From positions 67,084,001-67,148,000 of the forward strand of contig OZ024745.1 of NCBI GenBank assembly GCA_964016885.1: DNA of 64,000 nucleotides, in the 5' to 3' direction. Shown in pieces: positions 14,620 through 27,497 of the stretch (position 1 is the stretch's first letter; each line of letters begins with the position of its first letter). The notes below the pieces were generated by a model. The model did no database searches, was not told the DNA's origin, and worked only from the letters and a program-made list of their open reading frames with translations. A program made the translations under genes and the position numbers. This stretch comes from Eledone cirrhosa (Eukaryota).

Positions 14620-15248
14620 TTCTTTAGGGCCTTAGACAAATTCTTCCCTAGATCGCACAGATATTATAAAATATTCAATATAAATACCATCAAGCTGTCC
14701 TACTCAATAACTAGTAACATAGTTCAGAATATAGCTAAGATGAATTATAGCAGACTGGAACTGAGACCCGACCCCAAAGGTACCGTGGTCCATCTGGAAC
14801 TACCTAGGTCGATAGCAAAAATGTAACTGCAGAAGCACCGTCACCTGCCCCATGGCTGGGAAATGCCTTACCAAAAACATAGTCTACGACTGTAAGGTCT
14901 CCACTCCTGATAGAACCTTTAGGTATGTTCGGGTAACTGCCACGAAATTTAAGGCTAGATTGTATAATCACCGCCATACCTTTAATAGATTAGATAGAAA
15001 AAATAGCACGGAACTTTCAGAATTAGTCTGGAAGCTTAAACATCAGAATATAGAGCACTCCTTATCCTGGTCCATAGTTTGATCAGCCAAACCTTATAAC
15101 CGCAGCACTGGCGTCTGCAATTTATGTATAGCTGAAACTTTGAATATTATTAGAGGCGGCCCCCTATTTATTAATAGGAGAGCAGATTTTTTCAGCAACT
15201 GCCAACATAGAACCTCGAAAACCTTCCGCACGATTTTTGGAAGGTAAC
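14620..15248 (+). pseudogene. Frameshifted PLE C-terminus (end of thumb plus GIY-YIG endonuclease)
   Basis: LDKFFPRSHRYYKIFNINTIKLSYS; CNCR..CPMAGKCLTKNIVYDCKV...YVRVT..FKARLYNHRHTF...STELSELVWKLK; C.LC.AE. Homologous to 26050-26620. Confidence 0.85.
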
Positions 15249-16051
15249 CTACCAATAACTCCTCCCTCTCTACTTTAGCCATAGAGTTCTCTCAATAAAC
15301 GGACAGTCACACACTTAGGTAGTTAGACGGCTAAGATTGTTTGCGCACTTGCAAACGATACTCGACCTGTTTCCACGGAGTTCTCACAGGTGAGTGCTCT
15401 CTTTTAGAATACCTAGCTAGTAAATAGGTAGATTGATTACGCACTTAGTTAGGACCGATTACGCTCCCTATACATGGCTCTAGACACAGTACCCGTTTCC
15501 TTTAGACATTGAGCTCCCACATTTACGACTGTCACGTTCCTACCGACTGAACACTACACCAGGTTTTGATTCTTGATCATCTAACCATGGAGGACTCACT
15601 GTTAGGGATTGAACAATAATGCTGACACACCATTAATAGGCCAACACACATCCTTTGGATTTTACTGTCCTGTATATTCTTACTTCACCTTCTGTGTTGG
15701 ATAACACACCTCCACCACTCAAACAATTATCTTAAAAGCTCATTGGCCCATATGACGGGAAATCGCACTTGCGGAAACATTTACCCAATACCCAACCCTA
15801 CACGGAGCCCTTTGCCGGCCTACATTGCGGTTGCTTGCACGTACGGATTTGGGGACACGGATTCTCAATGGGACAGCAGTACACAAGGAGTTCGACATGA
15901 GCTGATTGCTTGCTCTTTACATGGATGTGTATATACCCGGACATATACCTTTTTTGGACGATTCGGATGTGTATATACCATAACATACACTTGAAGATAT
16001 GGATGTTACAATTCGATCTATACACGTATAGCAGAACACTGAACTGAGCTT

Positions 16052-16134
<83 letters not shown>

Positions 16135-16640
16135 CGTGGGGCGTTGGTTAACCCAATATTTCCAATTTACATCGTCAAGTTGAGATTTGACCATCATAGA
16201 TTCTGTTGCTTTGTGAACTAACTTTCGGTGAGTGCTGTGTTGGTACATTCTTATATTTGTTTTATTATATTTGTTTTTTTCTCGGACATCTCTTCGGTGT
16301 GTGTGTGTATCCACCCACACTAACTCTACGGGTTTAATACTGTGTTGATGTGTGTATATATATGTATATATTTTTCTTTGACCTCGAGGCGATGTATGGG
16401 AGTGTGGAGTGTGTGTGTACCCACTCACTTTTAACTGTGACTGACTGTATCCCTACAGATTTGATTGATGTCCAGCGTCTTTTGACGCGATAGAAATCTG
16501 AAAACTTTTATGACCTCAACTGAAGCTAATAGCAGTCGCCGTGTTTCTGACTGGTGTGTCTCCATATGAGGGAATGCATTCTGTGAGAGAACATCGTTAT
16601 TTTTTCTCCCTCATATCAAGAATTTAAAGACAATTCATTT

Positions 16641-16714
16641 TCACCTGATGAGATCAGTGATAATCGATCATGGCTTCACAATCGATCTATCTCTTATTGA
16701 AACATGTGTCGTGA
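16641..16714 (+). ncRNA. Type-I hammerhead motif with long stem II (inverted copy at 14499-14572)
   Basis: TCAC-CTGATGA-[47 nt containing ATCGAT..ATCGAT]-GAAA-CATGT-GTC-GTGA, with the palindrome ACATGT in stem III. Confidence 0.68.
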
Positions 16715-16757
16715 TTAAATGATTGGAATTTTACCTTGCCTTCGGATTTTCATTTTG

Positions 16758-16788
<31 letters not shown>

Positions 16789-17157
16789 CAGGTTTGAGGT
16801 TCACCACTGGATAGAGCTGGTCAATTCCGTATGGTCAATCTTAATGTAATAATATGGAGAGTACTCAACGTAAACCAGTTCAACCGTCTTTGTTTTTGTA
16901 TTTGGTGGTGCTAGTACGGAGTTAAATATTATAATGAAATACAGGAGGCTGGACTTGTGTAAATCCTTGAAAGGTTTATTATACTATGATCATTTCAATG
17001 ACCGGGTTCCGTACGAATTCCGGTGGTATTTGAAATATAATAAGTGAATGTAATAGATAAAACCCATGGGGCTGAAAATCAAATCCCGAGGACGCCTGCC
17101 ATCCAGCATCTTCCACCTTTGCCGGTCGCCTTCAAGTCTATATATATTTTTTTTGTT

Positions 17158-17601
17158 TATACTTTGGGAGGGTCATGTTGCCAATACACACGCACCAGTT
17201 GCTTCACTCCAATTTATTATAAATTTTTAAAAAATTTAAAAAAAATTTATAAATTTCCGGTTGCTTAGTTGGTTCCACAACCGGACGGTTGTTCATATAT
17301 TGTCAAAGTTCTTTCATCACAAATTCTGTGACCTCTTCAGTGACTTGGAAAAAATAAGATGGCGTAGGACAGAACAAAGGAGAGGCACAAAACAAAGAAA
17401 AGAATCCCCAGTCACTGAAGAGGTCACAGAATGTGTGACGAAAGAACTTTGACAATATATGAACAACCGTCCGGTTGTGGAACCAACCAAGCAACCGGAA
17501 ATTTATAAATTTTTTGAAAAAATTTTTTTAGTTTATAATAAATTGGAGTGAAAGCATGGTGCGTGTGTTTCTTATTGGCAACATGACCCTCCCAAAGTAT
17601 A
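17158..17601. mobile_element. Fold-back pair of PLE pLTRs (arms 17158-17345 and 17410-17601)
   Basis: Inverted arms of about 190 bp with a spacer of about 64 bp, and a hammerhead motif in each arm. The tail ATGACCCTCCCAAAGTATA recurs at about 46208-46226. Confidence 0.75.
17411..17453 (+). ncRNA. Minimal type-I hammerhead motif (inverted copy at 17302-17344)
   Basis: GTCA-CTGAAGA-G-GTCACA(gaatg)TGTGAC-GAAA-GAAC-TT-TGAC, giving a CUU cleavage triplet. Confidence 0.68.
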
Positions 17602-19252
17602 ACAATATCGGTTTCAACACACGTTTTCAGATAAAGAATCTTGCTAAATAAATTCAGAACCGAAATATATATATATATATATATATACAATATTTATGTA
17701 TGTATGTTATACCATGTGACAATTTTCCCTCTCGAAAATGTTTTACTGGTAGCGGTCAGTTCAGAAAGTTGTCCTTTCACTGAAGGAGTCTCTTGTCAAG
17801 CCAATAACCTCATGGCCCGAGTTCACTTTAGTTCCATATTGACTGCATAGCAATCTGCGGAACAGTGAAGTCGGGAATTGAAGAAAAATTAGTTATATTT
17901 TTTGTCTATTTGCTCTTCACACTTATAATGGTTATATTCATCCTCAATGATGGGTGGAAAATCTGACAACGTCAATATAAACATATTTACACATTCTCTG
18001 TTGTAATAAGGATTCAATTTCAGTTCGATTGATTTTGTATAAATTACAAATAATTAGTTTCTTTCTGTTATATTGGTTCTTGTTTTCCAATAAGGATTTT
18101 CTTTACATTCTCATGAAAACCACATCCCACATAAAATATGTCGTTGTTTTGTAAAATTCCATATAATGAATAAATAAATGCTAACAATTAACGTAATAGT
18201 TACAATCACATTACACAGCTGTTCACCACCGTTTCACGAAACTGTTGTTTCGCAACAGCAAGACCATCTAAGATAGAAAACTTATTAACCGAGTCTTTAT
18301 TCATTCGACCTGCTTGAAATAAAAGTTGAGTATTCCTCAGATTATACGCCGCCGTTGTTAAATAAAATCCAGGAGTTAGAAGTCTTGAATAAACGATATG
18401 ATGATCATCGGTGGAACGCCTTTGGTCCTAGAACCGTCCAAAAATGAAGCTAAACAATAACTAAATAATTTTGTTCTATTTTCCGTGATCGACCGTTTCC
18501 TCTAAACATATCAGCCAAATCCTCCAAGGGACATAAATAATTGCAGACATTAGGTAATTTATAAACAGATATTACTAAATAGATGGAGTGATCGTAGACG
18601 GAATGCTTTTAAACATAGGTCTCTCGGATTAATGTTTACTGGAAGCTAAATACCAGCACTAACAACACCTGCCATTCATCGCGACCATTAAATACATCAA
18701 CAGCTAATAAGCTGAAGTATTTAGTCTCATACACACTGGTTATTCTCCAGAAATGTCTATCATATAATTGACATCTCTGCGGTCTCATTGGACTTTTAGT
18801 TCTACATTTTAAAGCGTGACAGATAATTAGCTATTGTCTACACTATTTCTAAATTCTCAAGGATTATAATATTTGCATACGGATTTGGCAGCATTGGTTA
18901 GAATAATTAATAGATCAATACACAATTATCGCGGAATTATCACTTCATTGAAGCTAATATTTCATGCTTGTCTATTGACAGTGTGCTCATTTCTCGTGGA
19001 GAACCTTTGCCAGAAATACATTAATATGAACATACAAATACACCAACACACATACATACGCATGCTCACACATACATACACCCTTGACTTCTAACATACT
19101 ACACAACAAAGCGATTGATATTATGTATATAAAACTACTTCATTTCAATCGATTAGAAATTTAGATCTACTGAGTTGATTATGATTCTATAGCAGTTAAA
19201 CCTACATACCATCACCATCATCATCATTATATCATCATTATTATTATTATTA

Positions 19253-22200
19253 CAGCTGCATTTATCTTGCTTTATGTTCATACGAGTTTTCACCAAGTCA
19301 CAACCAGTGATCTCAAGAGACAACAAGGTCCGCCATGTTCAAGAAAGAACATACATACTCACACACGCATCTTCAGGTGTTTAGACTTGTGATGTACTTA
19401 TATTGACAGAATCTTCCTTAGTATATAGGCGGTTCCCATTAGTACTATCTTTTGTATTTCTCCTATACGCGGGTTTCCTGGGATTTGCGATAAGTAATCA
19501 TTAGACCCCTTAGGTATCATTCCTAGAGCGCCTACAACCACTGGTATTGTTTTAGTTCTCAATTTCCACATTTTTCCAATTTCTATCTCCAGGTCTTTAT
19601 ACTTGCTCAATTTTTCAAATGTTTTTATAGATACATTCTTGTCTATTGGAACGGACATATCAATTAGCAGGCATACCTTCTTTTTAAAGTCCTTCAATAT
19701 TATATCAGGTCTATTTGCATCTATTTTTCGGTCTGTTTGGATGCTAAAGTTCCACAAGATTGAGATGTGATCTGTTTCAAGTAGGGGATGTGGTTGATGC
19801 TCCCACCAATTCTTTTGATGGGGCAGGTCAAAATGCTTACACATTATCCAATGTATGTATTGTGCAGCTCTGTCATGCCTGTTTAGGTATTCGGTTGGAG
19901 CTATAGGACTGCACATTGAAATTATATGGTCAATGGTCTCTGGTTGTTTTTTTACATACACGGCATAATGGGCTGCATCCATTTTTTATTATGTTGGCTT
20001 GGTAATTTTTTGTTGGCAGACACTGATACTGTGCTGATATAATCAGTCCTTCAGTCTCCGATTTCAGTCCAGAGGATGCCAACCACTGATGGGTTAAAGT
20101 GTTGTCAACATCAGGATTGTTAGTTCTTTCTGGGTATTTTCCATACAGTGGCTTTTCTTGCCATTTCTTAGCCAGTTTCTGTAGCAGTTCTTTCTTTGCA
20201 GTTACTTTTACCTGCTTCGCTTTTTCTGTGTTTTCCATTTCAGCAGTAAATGGAACTTCTGAAATTTGTAGTCCATTACTGTATCTTTGTGCATCTTTTG
20301 TAATGGAGTATGATCTTTTGATGCTTTTGTGTTTCAAAACGAGTTTGATCATCCAATCATGTGATTCCCTTAGATATGTAGATAATCCAATTGTTGCAGT
20401 TTTCAACGCAATATCTAACTGGATTAACCCACGTCCTCCTTCTTTCCTAGGGAGATATATTCTATCTGCATCTGTCTTAGGGTGATGCATTCTGTGCATG
20501 GTTAAGAATTTTCTAATTTTTGTATCGAGCCTACGGATCTCTGTGCTTGACCAGTTGATGACATTGTAACTGTAGGTTACTACTGGTATGGCAAGCGTGT
20601 TTATGGCATCGATCCTATTCCTTGCATTCAATTCCATTCTTAAGATTGCTCTTGCTCTGCGGTAACATTCCTTCCTTATCCTTTCCCTCATTGTGCTTGA
20701 TTCCGTGTCCTTCACAAACACCTAGATATTTGTAAGTTTCCTCTTGATCAAGTTCTCTTATCACATTCCCCGATCAATATTAATGTCTGAACTTTTCAGC
20801 AGCTTTCCTCTGGTGAACGTTGCTTTGGCGCATTTATCTAGTCCAAACTCCATTTTAATGTCATCACTGAACTGGTCTACAGTGGATAATAGCCCTGGCA
20901 ATTGTTCATCATTTTTTGCTAATAGTTTCAGGTCATCCATGTAGAACAAGTGATTAATGGTTTTGTCATAGACTTTATATCCATGTTTTGTTTCATTGAG
21001 CATTTTACTTAATGGTATAAGTGCGATGCAGAATAAAAGCGGTGTTAAAGAGTCACCCTGAAAAATTCCACAATTAATATTAACTTCTCCAGCTTCCAGT
21101 GATTTTGTTTCACTATTCATACTGAATGACAAAAACCTCCTTACAACGGGGGATATTTTGAAGATCTCTAAACACTTTTCAATCCAACTGTGTGGCAAAC
21201 TATCGAATGCTTTTTTATAATCTATCCAAGCAATTAATAGATTTTTGTGTCTATTATGACAATCTTCCAGTATCATTTTGTTAACCAAAAGCTGATCCTT
21301 CAGCCATATGAGCCTCGTTTACACCCTTTCTGCTCAATGGGAAATAGGTCATTTGTTATCAGGTTGTCATATGTATATTCAGTTAGGACTGATGTTAAAG
21401 TTGTATACATTGTGGTCAAGCAAGTTATCGGTCTGTAATTTTGGGGATTGTTTGTCTCATCATTCTTCGGAAGCAGGAATGTAATGCCGTTAACTAGCCA
21501 TGATGGTATCTTTTCTGGCTCCTTAACTATTTCATTGTAAAGTTGGGCTAACAGCTCATGAGACTCTGTGAAGGCATTTATCAAAAAATTTGGTATTTTG
21601 TCTTTTCCTGGTGATTTCCATTTGCCGGTTTTTCTAAGAGCCAAACGCAACTGTTCAACTGTTATATTTTCCCATATTTGTTCCTCAAGGTGAGCTGTAT
21701 CTTTCATTTGTCTGTCTATCCATGGGGCATGTATATTATGAACTTTTTCTTCGGCCCAGATCTTTTCCCAGAATGCTTGCACTTCCTCCTTGGGTGGTAT
21801 TGATTTAGCAGCTATTGTTGAATTACCAATTTTTCTGTAGAAGTTTCTTTGGTTGTTTTTGAACATATTATTGTCCTTATAGAATCTAGATCGTTTTTCA
21901 AAGCGCCTTATACGAGCAGCTTTGGCCGACACTTTTTGCTTGATTATTTCTATCAGCATGTCTATGTCACTTGTTGATTTTATACTGTACTTTCTTTTCA
22001 ATTTTCTAAGTTTAGTTTGTTTAACATGTTCACCTACTTTTTAGTTTGTTAAAATTTCTATGTCAGATCGGAGAAGGTTTATTTGGTGATTGATGTTCTC
22101 TTGCCAAGTAGATTTCTTGTGGGAATTCCTTTGTTTTTTCATTTTCACTCCACATAAGTGAGTGGTGACTTTAGCCGATGCATAATAGAGATGATTTAAA

Positions 22201-24256
22201 TCAGTAATGTTTAGTTTGTTTGTGATGATATTTTTTTTGAGAATTATGTTAGTCTTGTGTATTATCTTTTGGTTCTGTTTGGAGTTCTGGATCTTAGGCT
22301 AGGGTGTCTCGTTGCGCCGTGTCAGATTCTTCCATTTTCATCCATTCGATCATAATTTCATCCTTCAAGTTGGCAAGTTCATTCTCATTCATTTCTTTAT
22401 CATTTACAATCTCATTGTTTTCATTTAGAGTTTCATCTTGACCATGCACTCCCTCCACTTTTTCGATCCTTTCTTTAATTTGTTCTGTTGTCAGTGATTC
22501 CGCCCCAACCCTGGGATTCGAAGTGTTACAATTTACCTCGTTTTCACTGACACATGTTTCATTTTCCCTTCGCTGACTTTGTGCTAATAGCTTGATCTGA
22601 TCAATTTCTATATCAATTAGTAACTTTTTTTTTACAATATTTCTTGGTATATTGGCTAGTTTGTTACTGTCAATATAGCCTCTGTTTTCGGGATGTTTCT
22701 TTTTCCAGTTGATATATGTCTGTTCTGTATTCGATGTATTTGATGGGTAGTACATGGCAGTGTAGAAAGCCTCAAGGACTTCTTTATTATCTTCCCTTGA
22801 CCATTTTTCTCTCTTTTTCTTTGGATTTCTTGGTGGTGAGCATGGAGGGCCAACAGTAGGAGTATTCCGGTTATGGGAGGTCTCCAGCTCCGAAGTGATG
22901 GGAAGGTTTGAACCATTAGCTGATTTTTCGACCCCAGTCTGGTTCCTCTCTGAGGGACGCGGCCCTTTTTGACCCGGGTGATGGCCGATCCGGTATGAGA
23001 TTTTATCATTTGACATTTACTTTATTTTGTCGCGTTTTATCCTTATCCGCCAAGGGGTAATCATTTCGTGTTACCACTTCTAGGACGAGTGTCAACCAAG
23101 ACTAGAGGGGTCGTTCTCCCCTAGAGACACGGCTATTTCCCGCCGGCTGCCATCCCGGTATTTCTTGGTCACGGGGTTTTCTTTTTTGTTGTTTTTTTAA
23201 ATTGTTATTATCATGAGTGGTTCCTTAATGTGAGCATTGCGTGGCTTAAGAATGAAATTATTAATAATTGTCTCCACTCCAGGCACAAGGCCAGCAATTA
23301 CCCAGTGCATTACAATAATATAATATACTTTTTGCTGAAGTTGCCTGTTATTGTTGTTGGCTATGTCGGTGGTGGTGCTGGGGCTTTTTATATTGTTGGT
23401 GAGGAAGGGGGGAGCCAGCAGTGCCATAGTTGTTGACGTTTGGCCGGTGGCCGGATCACTAAGTCAATCTATTTATATCTTTTGCTAGCCTCTCATTGTC
23501 TAGTGATACCGCCACCTTCCCCTTTCTTAAGTTAACAGGGGAATAGTGGTGGTAGCAATGAAGGAGTGGTGGCGGCGGTGATGGGATAGTGGTAGTAATG
23601 ATGGATGGAGTGGTGGCGGCGGTGGCGTTGTCGTTACTGAGTTTTGTTGAATGGACTAGTTTTGTTTGATATGTAGTATCTATGCGTTTGTGTCGCGTAT
23701 GTTTAATATATGTGTTGAATAGACTAGTTTTGTTTTATCAGTAGTATCTATGCGTTTGTGTCGCGTATGTTTAATATATGTGTTGACATATGCTCTTAAT
23801 ATTGGAATTAAACATTTTGTTAAAACTTGAGACAATAATAATAGTAATTATTATTATGATGCTGGGATTGGTGGTGGTGGTGGTGGTGAAATTGCCGTTA
23901 TCTGGCTGTTATATTTAGTGTACACAGCGGGGTGATGGGGTAGGTGGTGTATCAAGTTTCTGGTGTTGGTGAAATTGCTGTTATTTGGCTGTTCTATATA
24001 GTGTAGACAGAGGGGCTTTTCTTCCATTTATATCCATTTTCTTTTTTGAATATAAAATATATAATACAAAATTGAATATTTGAGCGATATAACAATATAT
24101 TATGGATCCGTATTTTTATGAGACTTGATTCGGTGATTTATGCATCATTTGTACTAAGAATTGTTATTTCACAATTGATTTAAATATGTTAAAATCAAAA
24201 ACTTACGGGAGCGATTTCATGACCTTCTACCACCACGTGCGTCTTCTTCCCTTCTT
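19253..24256 (-). mobile_element. R4/Dong-type non-LTR retrotransposon, family A copy 1 (apparently full length, decayed)
   Basis: ORF fragments cover the N-terminus, RT (KSPGKD, YRPIT, QKGC, GIFQGDSL, HLFYMDDLKL), a CCHC knuckle (CRVC..ETIDHIISMC) and RLE (RPDI..LID). (TAA)n lies at both ends. Confidence 0.93.
19398..23016 (-). pseudogene. Disrupted R4/Dong RT-RLE polyprotein
   Basis: Collinear pieces 22294-23016, 21300-22001, 20761-21288, 19930-20721 and 19398-19982 match the longer ORF of copy 2. There are several frameshifts and deletions. Confidence 0.92.
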
Positions 24257-24263
24257 CTTCTTC

Positions 24264-24319
<56 letters not shown>

Positions 24320-24539
24320 TAACATTAGGATGCTCAGTTGCGTCGAAATGTAAAGATCTCTCGAAGATTTTCATTTTTGTATGCTCAACAAAATGTTATG
24401 TGCTTTCGAAAACTTACTAAAAATGAAACTGCAAAGAATATAAGATCACTTTGTTATAAATGAACACATGCATGGGAATATTGTTGTGTGTTATTCACAT
24501 TTAATTTCCGCTTCGAATGAGTCGTAAAAAGTTGACAGA

Positions 24540-27497
24540 GTATGCGCAGGCTCGAGCGAACATTCGAGCGAACATCCGTAACACTCACCTCCCTCGGTTG
24601 AGCAATCTATTGACTTATATTCATCATGCATAAACAACAACTGAATATAAAGGACATACCCGTACCAAGCAGGAAGACATACCTAAAACACCTGATACAG
24701 AAAACGGACTCGTTCCGTAAAAGGTTGCGTTGGCGTGACTTTTATTTCGATAATCAGGAAAAAGCAAACAATAAACAGCATAAATTTGGGTTTAAAACTT
24801 ATAATAACTCTCCGAGTAACCCAGCATTGCTACCCTTCGAAAACGATGTCTTGGAACTCATACGGAGTATCAAATTTCGGAATAGAAGCAATTCCTTCCA
24901 GCAGGACCTGAAGAATAGAATTCGTTCTATTAAAGATTCTAATGCCGTGCACGTCCACTCCAACAAAACTAGTAATCTATATTAAGTGGAGCGCATCAAC
25001 TGCTACATAATGCTGTAACTAAGGATTACCAGAAAACTAATCGGAATGTCATTAATCACATCAACGACGCTGGGTTTAAAATCACCCCTGAACTCAACAT
25101 CCAGGACTGAACATCTGGACTTTATTTCTCCCAACTTTACCCTCCCAACAAACCCCTCTATTCGGCTTATTAACACTACAAAGTCCGATTTAGGTCGACT
25201 AAGTAAAAAGATTTTAGATAGAATTATACCTGAAATTAGAAGCTTGGCCCCTCTGGCACTGTGGAACAATTCTTTCGCAGTCATTGATTGGTTCAATGGC
25301 ATATGCAACAAGGAACATTGCCTTTGTATCCAGTACGACATCAATAACTACTACTCCTCCATCACACTACCACTTCTTCTTAGAGCTATCAATTTCGCTA
25401 AAACACTCACGGTGGTTAAGGATTTCGATGTTGATGTCATCCTCAATGCCTGTAAGTCGGTGATTAATTTCGACAACTCTATTTGGATTAAAAAATCTAA
25501 TAGTACCCCATTGGACGTGAATATGGGCGCCAACGATTCGGCGGATGTTAATCATCTTATCGGCCTTTTCCTTCTTTTCTCTATCAAGGAAGAATTCCCA
25601 AATGTGGGCGGTGGTTTGTACCGTGATGACGGTCTTTTGACCATGATAAAGTGCGGTCCACGCTCTTGCGACAGGTTCAGAAAAGATCTCACAGCCTTCT
25701 TTAAAGGCTTCAGCCTCTCCATACAGGTTGAGGGCAACCTCTCGGTCGTTAATTACATCGACGTTACCCTCAATTTGTCGAATGGCTTGCACTACCCGTA
25801 TAAAAAGCCAAAAGATACGCTTAATTACATAAGTAAGCATTCTAACCATCCTGCCAACATAACCAAGAACCTGGTAAGAAACGTTTCTTTGCGGCTTTCC
25901 CGTCTATCTACAAACGAGCATATTTTAACCGACCATTCCACATATTATAATGAGCCTCTTGCTCGGAGTGGATTTGTCGATAAGGTAGCATTATATGGTA
26001 TAACCCGCCATATAATATGGAGGTGGCCACACCATTAGCAAAGATATTTCTCTCCCTTATTAAGAAACATTTCCCTTCAGCACATAAATATAATAACATT
26101 TTTAAAGAAATACCATTAAAATATCTTACTCTACGACTCCTAACCTTGCACATTACATCACTGCTTCAAATTTAGCTAAATTACCTAGCCGAAGGAACAG
26201 GTGCAACCCTGTAGCTAGTACTAACTGTAATTGTAGGAATCGGGTTGACTACCCTCGATCCGGGAAATGCCTCTCCAGTAACATTGTCTACGAATGTAAG
26301 GTCGAAACGCCCACGTCCCGTTGGGCCTACATAGGGTTAACCGCCAATAGATTCAAGCAGTGTCTTTACATGCACACCCATTCTTTTCTTAACCCTTTAA
26401 GAAGGAATATGACGTCCCTTTCAGCTTATATCTGGAGTCTAAAATACAACCACACCCAATATAGGTTACATTGGAAGATCCTAGCCAATGGCTAGATCTA
26501 ACGGAAATAAAAGACCATGCGCTCTTTGCGCCGCTGAAGCCCTGGAAATACTCTACGCCAATGACCACATCTTAAACAAAAAATCTGAAGCAATTTCGGC
26601 ATGTAAACATAAATTGCATAAAGCTTTCCTGTATTACAGCCCCACATTATACCCTAACGGATAGTACAAACAATACGCGGATAATTCACGTCTTGATGTG
26701 GTAGCTAAGTATATTTTATGTTTATACCATTACTTATTTGTATAGGTAAGTATATCTTACCCCTATGTTTTGTGAAGGTACGTATACTTTCTCGTACGTA
26801 TATTTGCTAGTATTTGTTATAGGTGTATATATTATATTATATATGCTGGTACAGTGTATATTGTTATGTGTATATATGTATTTTGTGTTTGTGTGTATAT
26901 GCGTGTTTTCACGTATGTAAGGTGTGTATATGTGTACGTTTAGTGAACATATGTGTATTTACCTGTAGGTATGTGTGTGTGTGTGCATTATTTACGTATT
27001 TATGTGTGTATATTATATTTATATACGTTTATATAATTATATGTATACACACATGCGTGATTCGTGTATGTATATATTTAATTATTGTTGATTTCAATAA
27101 CCTCTGTCATTTTCGTTGTACTAATTTATAACTTTGAAGCCGAGAATCATTCGGTTTCCTAAATAGAATATTAGTCTACGACTTCATTTATACCATAAAC
27201 GTGGTTTTGTCTTTGCGTGTAATTGTCCTCACCGCTCCACATAACGACGTATTATCTTCGCATTTTTCCGAACCAAAATATCGTCTTCCTGTTTTCCTTC
27301 GGTTGCAACGTTTTTCGAAATATTTACTTCTGCGTTCACAGATTTATTTTTTTAGTTCAGAAGATCCCGTTAAAGGTGAAAGCAGCGATTCTTTGCTTAA
27401 ACTTTAGTCTGTTATTTTAATAAATATTTGCTCTAAGGTTCTTATATATTTGATATATATTTTTCCTCATCGAGCCCTCTTTGGATTTTAGTCTTCA
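24540..27497 (+). mobile_element. Penelope-like element, probably Hydra clade, near full length and decayed
   Basis: N-terminus KDIPVPSRKTYLKHLIQKTDSFRKRLRWR; RT motifs RLINTTKSDLG, YDI, DVNMG, GLYRDDGL, YIDV, SNHP; then a C-terminal GIY-YIG. A TG/TA-rich 3' UTR and a terminal segment follow, and the terminal segment has homologues at 33910-34030 and 45707-45826. The clade is assigned from recalled motifs. Confidence 0.88.
24626..26660 (+). pseudogene. Frameshifted PLE RT + GIY-YIG ORF
   Basis: ORFs 24626-24985 and 25046-26038, plus manual translation from about 26223: NCNCRNRVDYPRSGKCLSSNIVYECKV...AYIGLTANRFKQ. Confidence 0.88.

Larger units (their letters stand above)
14454..16760 (+). mobile_element. 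5'-truncated Penelope-like element with inverted pLTRs
   Basis: Inverted repeat 14454-14600 vs 16613-16760. It encloses a GIY-YIG coding remnant and a 3' UTR of about 1.35 kb that contains (TG)n. Confidence 0.85.

Noticed and set aside
27354-27395. Hammerhead in the terminus of the 24540-27497 PLE (CAGAAGA..GAAA)
   Set aside because: The position is plausible, but the core is mutated and no NUH triplet or stem I fits, so I did not call it.
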